Of a DNA stretch of 64,000 nucleotides, positions 58,473 through 64,000 are shown piece by piece. Each line of letters opens with the position of its first letter. The first letter of the stretch is position 1. Source of the stretch: a bacterium (GTDB taxonomy: Bacteria; Oederibacteriota; JAJYGY01; DAIDJD01); NCBI GenBank assembly GCA_035485275.1, contig DATHOE010000034.1, positions 93,677 to 157,676 of the forward strand. The letters are read 5' to 3'. The translations under genes were made by a program, and so were the position numbers. Below the pieces are notes generated by a model that was not told the origin of the DNA, made no database searches, and saw nothing but the letters and a program-made list of their open reading frames with translations.

Positions 58473-59569
58473 GCCGCGATTTTTTTGCGCAAATCCATGA
58501 AGGGCTTTTCGACCAGCAGGTAGGACGCCGCACCCAATACCAGCGAAAAGACGATACAAAAAAATTGGGACTCCAACGATTCGCCTCCGAACAAGATCAC
58601 GGCCGCCAAGAGGCCGACCGTATGAAGCAGGTACAGCGAATAGGAGATGGTCCCCAGCCAGTGGAACGCTAAAAAACCCGGGGTCCTTCCTTGTTTCGTC
58701 TCCGTGGGCGCAAGTTCCAGCATCACCAGCGTCAGGATCAGGAACGCGCAAGCATAGGGCATGATCCATCGGTTCAGTTCGGATCCGTGAAACCTGAGGT
58801 TGAGGACCGGGACCAGGAAATTCAAGGCTATCGCCAGGAAAAGAAAGCCGAGCGTCCGGCCCCGGGGCCCGTAAAAATTTTTCAGCTTTTCGAAACTCGC
58901 CTTTTTGACGGTCCATTCCGCGAGCAGGGCCCCGAGGTACCAGGACCAGAATGTGGTGATGAAAACTTCCTGCGCGACAATCCGCCAGGGATTCGCCTCG
59001 GCGATGAAACGGCTCACGAAAAAATACCAGACGAGCGCGGCCATGAAGGCCAGGGTGAGCTGCTTCAGGGAGAAATCCAGCGCTTTGAAAGCCAGGGCGT
59101 AACAGAGATAAAACTGGGCCTCGAGAGCGATGGTCCAAAACGGGCCGTTGATCGTGCGCCAGCCGAGGGGATAGAAATTGTGCGCAAAAATGAAGTGGAA
59201 GAAAACGTCGTAGGCGCCCAGCGGGGGGCTGATGTCCCCCGTGGTCCGGAAACAGCCGGCAATCAGGCAAACGACGATCGCGAAGTAGTAAGCGGGCACG
59301 ATCCTGAATATGCGGTTCAGCGCGAACGGCCGCAAGGCCAAGCCCCCCTGCCCCCGTTCCGCCCGTATGGCCTGGGGGCGATGGATGCAAAAACCGCTCA
59401 ACACGAAGAAAATGCTCACCCCCCAGAAGCCCAAATTACGCAGTATGGGGTGGTAGCCGTTCAGGTGGTCGTAATATTGGCGGTACATATGGAAAACCAA
59501 CACGGCGAAGGCGGCAATTCCACGCAACACATCCAAGGAATCCAGGCGTTGTTTTGGCGCTGATTGCAT
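58469..59569 (-). CDS. acyltransferase family 3 membrane O-acyltransferase
   Basis: LDVLRGIAAFAVLVFH ... SIFFVLSGFCI signature. Confidence 0.8.
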   Translation of the reverse strand: MQSAPKQRLDSLDVLRGIAAFAVLVFHMYRQYYDHLNGYHPILRNLGFWGVSIFFVLSGFCIHRPQAIRAERGQGGLALRPFALNRIFRIVPAYYFAIVVCLIAGCFRTTGDISPPLGAYDVFFHFIFAHNFYPLGWRTINGPFWTIALEAQFYLCYALAFKALDFSLKQLTLAFMAALVWYFFVSRFIAEANPWRIVAQEVFITTFWSWYLGALLAEWTVKKASFEKLKNFYGPRGRTLGFLFLAIALNFLVPVLNLRFHGSELNRWIMPYACAFLILTLVMLELAPTETKQGRTPGFLAFHWLGTISYSLYLLHTVGLLAAVILFGGESLESQFFCIVFSLVLGAASYLLVEKPFMDLRKKIAA

Positions 59570-59763
59570 ATTATTTTTTACTGATTTCGATGGGGGCGAT
59601 CATCGGGCGGGACATCCATCACCTTATCTGGCATGACGCTGAAAAAATGTTTTCAGGCCGCGTTTTCCAACCGAGATTTTGAATAAGCCTCTTGTTCGTG
59701 AATGATAGTCCCCGTATTTCTTGGTGTCCACCGGTATCGGGGAAGCCGCGCCGTGGAGGCGAT

Positions 59764-60498
59764 TTACGAGGCGGTCAGCGCCGCGTTTTCCCCCAGGAAG
59801 CCTTCGGCCTCGGCGCCGGCCCGTTCCAGCCCTTCCTGGAGCCGTCGCAGGTCCCCGTTTTGGTCCCCGTTGTCCCGGTTGAAACGCAGCTCCTCCCCGA
59901 ACCAGAAGACTCCATGGGCAAAGGGCGGCGCCACGACCATCCGGTCCCAGCTCTTCAGCCTCGGGGCCGGCCGGCAGGCGAACGCGACGGGGACGACGGA
60001 GCAGCCGCTGAGGCGGGCCAGCTTGACGGCCCCGTCTTTCGCCTCGCGGCGGGGTCCCTTCGGGCCGTCCACGGTGAGCAGGACGTGTTCGCCGCGTCCG
60101 AGGAAGCTTTGCAGCTCCAGCAGGCCGGTGCTGCCGCCCCGTGTGGAGGAGCCGCGCGCCGGTTCGAGCCAGCCCAGGCGCACCAGGGCCCGGCTGATCA
60201 GCTCGCCGTCGAAACTTTGGCTGGCCAGGGCGTGCAGTGGCTGGCCGCGGTAAAAACCGGCGATCAGGGAGTTTTCGTGCCAGACGGCGTAGATGAAGGG
60301 TTTTTCGGGGGCTGCAAAGGGCGACAGGGAGGTCTGGCCGGCCTCCTTGATCTTCCAGGTGGCGGCAAGGCCCCTCAAGGTCCAGGCCCCCAGGCGTGGA
60401 ACCGTGGAAAGGATCAATTTTTCCTTCAAATTTCTGGGCTGCATATTTTTTTTATCCCCAAATTGAAAGCAATTGTCCAGCGCCTTTAGATCGGGCAA
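59764..60498 (-). CDS. DUF374-like lysophospholipid-acyltransferase-family protein
   Basis: FIYAVWHENSLIAGFY ... LASQSFDGELISRAL ... LLTVDGPKGPRREAKDGAVKLARLSGCSVVPV pattern; start (60498 or 60444) uncertain. Confidence 0.55.
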   Translation of the reverse strand: MPDLKALDNCFQFGDKKNMQPRNLKEKLILSTVPRLGAWTLRGLAATWKIKEAGQTSLSPFAAPEKPFIYAVWHENSLIAGFYRGQPLHALASQSFDGELISRALVRLGWLEPARGSSTRGGSTGLLELQSFLGRGEHVLLTVDGPKGPRREAKDGAVKLARLSGCSVVPVAFACRPAPRLKSWDRMVVAPPFAHGVFWFGEELRFNRDNGDQNGDLRRLQEGLERAGAEAEGFLGENAALTAS

Positions 60499-60578
60499 CT
60501 TTGGGCCGTTTTCGCCGTATCCTTAAGGTGGGTGAAGAAAAGACTTTGGACGTCGGGCAAGGCCTTTGGGGGAAAACC

Positions 60579-61889
60579 ATGACCATGATGCGAGCCACGA
60601 TTCTGGGCCTCCTTTTGGCGGGCCTGCCTCCCCTGTGCGCGCAGGGCGCCCAGCACGCTTGGGGAGGCGTCCAAAGCGGGGGCGCCCCCCGCCAGGCGGC
60701 CCCCGCGCGGCAGCCCCTGGTCATCAATATGGGCCGGCCCAGCAGCGGCTACGCCCGCAATTTCCCCTCCCAACAACGGGCCCAGGCGGCCCCTGCGGCG
60801 CGGCCCTCCTGGGGCCACGTCAACTGGTCGGCGTCGGTCTCCGGCCGGGGGGCGATGCCCGGCCGCTCATACGGCGCGGCGCAGCCTCGCACAGCCCGGC
60901 CCTCCGCCTCGTCCTGGGCCGGTTCGGCCTTCGGCGGGCTGCGCCCGGCAGCGGGAACGCGCATGGCCGTCGCCCGCCACCACCATCCTTACACCCAGGG
61001 CTATGTGCGCCACAAACTGCGCACCCTGGGCGTGACCGCGGAACCCAGCCTGATCACCGACCGCTCGGAGATGCTCCACACCGACGCGGCGCATTCGACC
61101 ATCCGCTACCCCACACGGGGGCCCCAGGGCGCGGCCCTGCCCACGCGGCGCCTGAATCCGGCCCAGGCCTCGGACGCGGCGCTGGTGCGCGCGCACATGG
61201 GCAGGGTGGACGATCCCGGCTGGCGGGCCAACGTGGAAAGCTACAACAGCATCGAGAACAGGCCGGGACACTACTATTGGCACAAGGACAACGGCTTCAA
61301 CTATTGCCATTACCTCGACGCTTCCGGCTATCAATGGTACGGATGGTACCTGGGGGACGGATTCTTTTGGACCCGGGATTTCAACGGCCGCTGGTGGTGG
61401 TATGACCAGGCGGACGCGCGCTGGGACTTCTATAACGACAATTTTTGGTGGTGGCAGGACCCGGACCACGTCGGCGACCTGTATTGCTACAACGACGGGG
61501 CCTACATACCCGTCAATTCGGCCGAGGACCAGATCGTCGTGAGCCAGCCCGACACCACGGACTACCAGACCTTCACCAGCCCGGACGGCAGCCGCGAGGT
61601 GAAGCTGGTCGCCGGAGGCTCGGACGCCTTCCTGTACGACACCGCGGTGCCGCCCTCATTCGACCCCGTGTACCTGGCCTCAGGCGTGCAGAGCGTGCAG
61701 TTCTCGGACACCAGCAACGGCCGGCCTTTGGAGATCGTGCTCAGGCTCGACGACGGTTCCTTCGACCTCTTCGACGCCCAGGGCCAGGCCTATGGCCCGG
61801 GCAACAACGACACGGACGCCGCGAACTATGAAAGCGGCGACGGCTCGGCCCCGGGGGACACCATCCCCTCCCAGCCGGTCAATCCCTGA
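60579..61889 (+). CDS. secreted hypothetical protein with disordered Ala/Pro/Arg-rich region and Trp/Tyr-rich repeat domain
   Basis: ATG at 60579 preceded by GGGGGA; signal peptide MTMMRATILGLLLAGLPPLCAQGA; aromatic block with RWWWYDQ / NFWWWQD. Confidence 0.6.
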   Translation: MTMMRATILGLLLAGLPPLCAQGAQHAWGGVQSGGAPRQAAPARQPLVINMGRPSSGYARNFPSQQRAQAAPAARPSWGHVNWSASVSGRGAMPGRSYGAAQPRTARPSASSWAGSAFGGLRPAAGTRMAVARHHHPYTQGYVRHKLRTLGVTAEPSLITDRSEMLHTDAAHSTIRYPTRGPQGAALPTRRLNPAQASDAALVRAHMGRVDDPGWRANVESYNSIENRPGHYYWHKDNGFNYCHYLDASGYQWYGWYLGDGFFWTRDFNGRWWWYDQADARWDFYNDNFWWWQDPDHVGDLYCYNDGAYIPVNSAEDQIVVSQPDTTDYQTFTSPDGSREVKLVAGGSDAFLYDTAVPPSFDPVYLASGVQSVQFSDTSNGRPLEIVLRLDDGSFDLFDAQGQAYGPGNNDTDAANYESGDGSAPGDTIPSQPVNP

Positions 61890-62775
61890 GGCGGGCGGGG
61901 TAGCGGCCCGCCCGGATGAGCTCCGCGAGGCCGGCGGCGACCAGGGCCTTGTCCTCGCGGTAGGTGATCCCGAACCAGGCGTCGCTTGAGGGCAGCACCG
62001 TGACCTCGGCCCGGCCGTCCTTGACCAGGCCGTCCACGACCCCGGGCACGTAGAGCTCGCCCTTCGCCAGGAGCTCCTCCCGCCGCAAAAAGGCGTCAAA
62101 GGCGCGGCCGAGGTGGCCGAAGATCGAGGGCGTGAAGCCGAAGAAGTTCATGGAGACGGTCTCGCGGCCGCTGAAGACGGCGCCGCTGACCTGGTCGCGC
62201 GCGCCTTCGGGCGTTTTCTCGATCTTGAGGGTTTCGACCACGCCGCGCAGCTTCCCGCCCTCCACCGCGCAGATGCCGCGCGACACGGTGCCGTGCTCGC
62301 TGAGCGTGGCCTTGAGTTCGTAGCCGACCATGCAATAGTCCGCCAGGGCCCCGTCCTTGGCCGCCCGGAGGCGCCGGGCCATGGCGTCGAAGCCCTGGCG
62401 TCCGTAGAAGTCGTCGGCGTTGACCATGGCGAAGGGCTCTTGGATGAGGCCCTCGGCCATGAGCACCGCGTGGCCCGTGCCCCAGGGTTTTTCCCGGCCC
62501 TCCGGCCGCTTGAACCAGGCCGGGGTCTTGTCCAGCTCCTGGTAGGCGTAGTCCACGGCTATTTTTTTCTCGAAGCGGCTCCCCAGATCCCTTTTGAAGG
62601 CCTCCGCGAAATCCGGGCGAACCACGAAAACGGCCTTGCCGAAGCCGGCCCCCACCGCGTCATGGAGCGAATAGTCCAGCAGGGTCTCGCCGCCGGGGCC
62701 CACGGGATCCATCTGTTTCAGGCCCCCGTAGCGGCTTCCCATGCCGGCTGCCAGGATCAGGAGGGTGGGCTTCAT
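61879..62775 (-). CDS. sugar-phosphate nucleotidyltransferase
   Basis: N-terminal LILAAGMGSRYGG nucleotide-binding motif; about 298 aa. Confidence 0.7.
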   Translation of the reverse strand: MKPTLLILAAGMGSRYGGLKQMDPVGPGGETLLDYSLHDAVGAGFGKAVFVVRPDFAEAFKRDLGSRFEKKIAVDYAYQELDKTPAWFKRPEGREKPWGTGHAVLMAEGLIQEPFAMVNADDFYGRQGFDAMARRLRAAKDGALADYCMVGYELKATLSEHGTVSRGICAVEGGKLRGVVETLKIEKTPEGARDQVSGAVFSGRETVSMNFFGFTPSIFGHLGRAFDAFLRREELLAKGELYVPGVVDGLVKDGRAEVTVLPSSDAWFGITYREDKALVAAGLAELIRAGRYPARLRD

Positions 62776-62829
62776 GGTCTCTCCGGTGAGAAAGCGTGGC
62801 GTTTTCCGTGCGCCGGGGGTTTAATGCGT

Positions 62830-62846
62830 CCTGGCTCGAAGCCAGG
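62830..62846. other. small perfect hairpin (CCTGGC-TCGAA-GCCAGG) in divergent intergenic region upstream of panD
   Basis: Inverted repeat read directly from sequence; no T-run. Confidence 0.5.
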
Positions 62847-62883
62847 CCCCCGGCCGTCCCTGAAGCTCAATGAAAGGCCATCC

Positions 62884-63294
62884 ATGTCCATCACCGTATG
62901 CACCGGCAAGCTCCACCGCGTCCGCGTCACCGGCGCGCGCCTCGACTACGAGGGAAGCATCACCATCGACAGCCGCCTCATGGCGGCGGCCGGCATCCTG
63001 CCCTTCCAGCTGCTGCACATCAACAGCATGGCCAACGCCGTCCATTGGGAGACCTACGCCATCGAGGGCGCCGCCGGCAAGGGGGAGATCCTCCTCAACG
63101 GCTGCCCGGCGCGCCTGTTCCAACCGGGCGACCAGGTGATCATACTGGCTTTGGAGCAGATGGAGCGGGCCCAGGCGGCCCGGGTGCGCCAGAAGGTGGT
63201 GCTGGTGGACGAGCACAACAGGATACGCAGCGTGGAACTGAAGGGCCTCAGGCGCAGGTCCGGGGCTCAGCCCCGGACGAGGCGCTCGGTCTGA
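62884..63294 (+). CDS. panD: aspartate 1-decarboxylase (pyruvoyl-dependent)
   Basis: GKLHRVRVTGARLDYEGSITID with Gly-Ser self-processing site; 136 aa with a C-terminal Arg-rich tail. Confidence 0.8.
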   Translation: MSITVCTGKLHRVRVTGARLDYEGSITIDSRLMAAAGILPFQLLHINSMANAVHWETYAIEGAAGKGEILLNGCPARLFQPGDQVIILALEQMERAQAARVRQKVVLVDEHNRIRSVELKGLRRRSGAQPRTRRSV

Positions 63295-64000
63295 TCGAGC
63301 AGCACCAGGGCCTCCTTGACCACGGCCTCCGTGCCGCGGCCCCCGGGTGCCAAGGCGTCGACGGCCAGGCGCATGCTGGCGCAGATGCGCAGGGCGCTGA
63401 CCTCGCGCCCCTGGCGCGCGCCGCAGCGGGCGGGCTGGCCGATGTGGCCGTGGCGCTCCAGAAGGGTCTCGTACACGGCGCGCGTCTCGGCGTGGTCCAG
63501 GTAGCCGTCGCGTTTCAACAGGAAGGGGAACAGGGAGGGGACGGCGTCCCAGCCGGGCTCCTGCGCGAAGGGGCCCCGGTCCAGGGGCCCCAGGGGAAGG
63601 GCTTCCAGGGCCCCGCCCGAGGCGAGCCTTTTTGTCACCGCAACGGCGAAGGCCCGCAGGAAGCCTTCCACGGCCTTGTCCGGCAGGAGCCGGAAGGCCT
63701 TCATTTCGGTCAAGGCGGCCTCCCATCGCAGAAGCAGGCCCAGGTTGCATTCGCGGACCATGGAGCCGCGCCCTTCCCAGCCTTTGGGCCAGTCCGAACG
63801 CGCCGAGTAGGCGGACAGGGAAGCCGGCAAGGACCTCCGCTGCCAAAGGGAGGCCAGGGCGGGCGGAACCAGCAGCGCCGCGCTGAAGGCGGGCCCGGTC
63901 ACGAATTTTGAGCCGGTGAGGGCGATCAGGAAGCCCTGCCCCAGGTAGGCGCGCAGCGTCGCCGGCGACAGGCGGAACTGGCAGGCGTCCACGAGCACGT
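63267..64000 (-). CDS. PLP-dependent enzyme, aminotransferase class V-like fold (C-terminal part; N-terminus beyond window)
   Basis: Frame open to window end; LTGSKFVTGPAFSAALLV resembles class-V PLP-lysine region; 3' end overlaps panD by about 28 nt. Confidence 0.4.
   Translation of the reverse strand, partial: VLVDACQFRLSPATLRAYLGQGFLIALTGSKFVTGPAFSAALLVPPALASLWQRRSLPASLSAYSARSDWPKGWEGRGSMVRECNLGLLLRWEAALTEMKAFRLLPDKAVEGFLRAFAVAVTKRLASGGALEALPLGPLDRGPFAQEPGWDAVPSLFPFLLKRDGYLDHAETRAVYETLLERHGHIGQPARCGARQGREVSALRICASMRLAVDALAPGGRGTEAVVKEALVLLDQTERLVRG

Noticed and set aside
57126-59390. 754-aa minus-strand ORF overlapping GT4 (antisense) and the acyltransferase gene (different frame)
   Set aside because: Pro/Arg/Gly-rich translation without motifs; both overlapped genes have strong family signatures in their own frames.

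Overview
High-GC bacterial chromosomal window (64 kb) with no rRNA, tRNA, CRISPR array or recognisable mobile element. Calls rest on reading the six-frame translations for conserved motifs and on local sequence context; no database search was run. Left to right: (1) a 5'-truncated secreted repeat protein and thioredoxin; (2) a compact SDR - KAS - alpha-oxoamine synthase (BioF-like) - dethiobiotin synthetase (BioD) operon with no other biotin genes in the window; (3) uppP on the opposite strand; (4) a complete Alternative Complex III operon actABCDEF behind an AT-rich promoter with a CRP-like palindrome, followed directly by tatA-tatC; (5) a ~44 kb composite surface-polysaccharide locus (about 15.5-59.6 kb) holding what looks like two Wzx/Wzy-type modules, an OPX exporter and BY-kinase, about 13 glycosyltransferases, four acyltransferase-3 paralogs, methyltransferases, a carbamoyltransferase, a DegT aminotransferase, gmd, a deacetylase, a beta-helix protein and a visibly lower-GC insert; (6) a DUF374-like protein, an unusual Trp/Tyr-rich secreted protein, a sugar-phosphate nucleotidyltransferase, panD and a truncated PLP enzyme. 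I found no defence or toxin system. The most interesting candidates are the SDR/KAS-bioF-bioD module, the diheme ActE, the aromatic-repeat secreted protein and the composite polysaccharide locus. Many long ORFs in the track are antisense or off-frame artefacts of high GC and were rejected.
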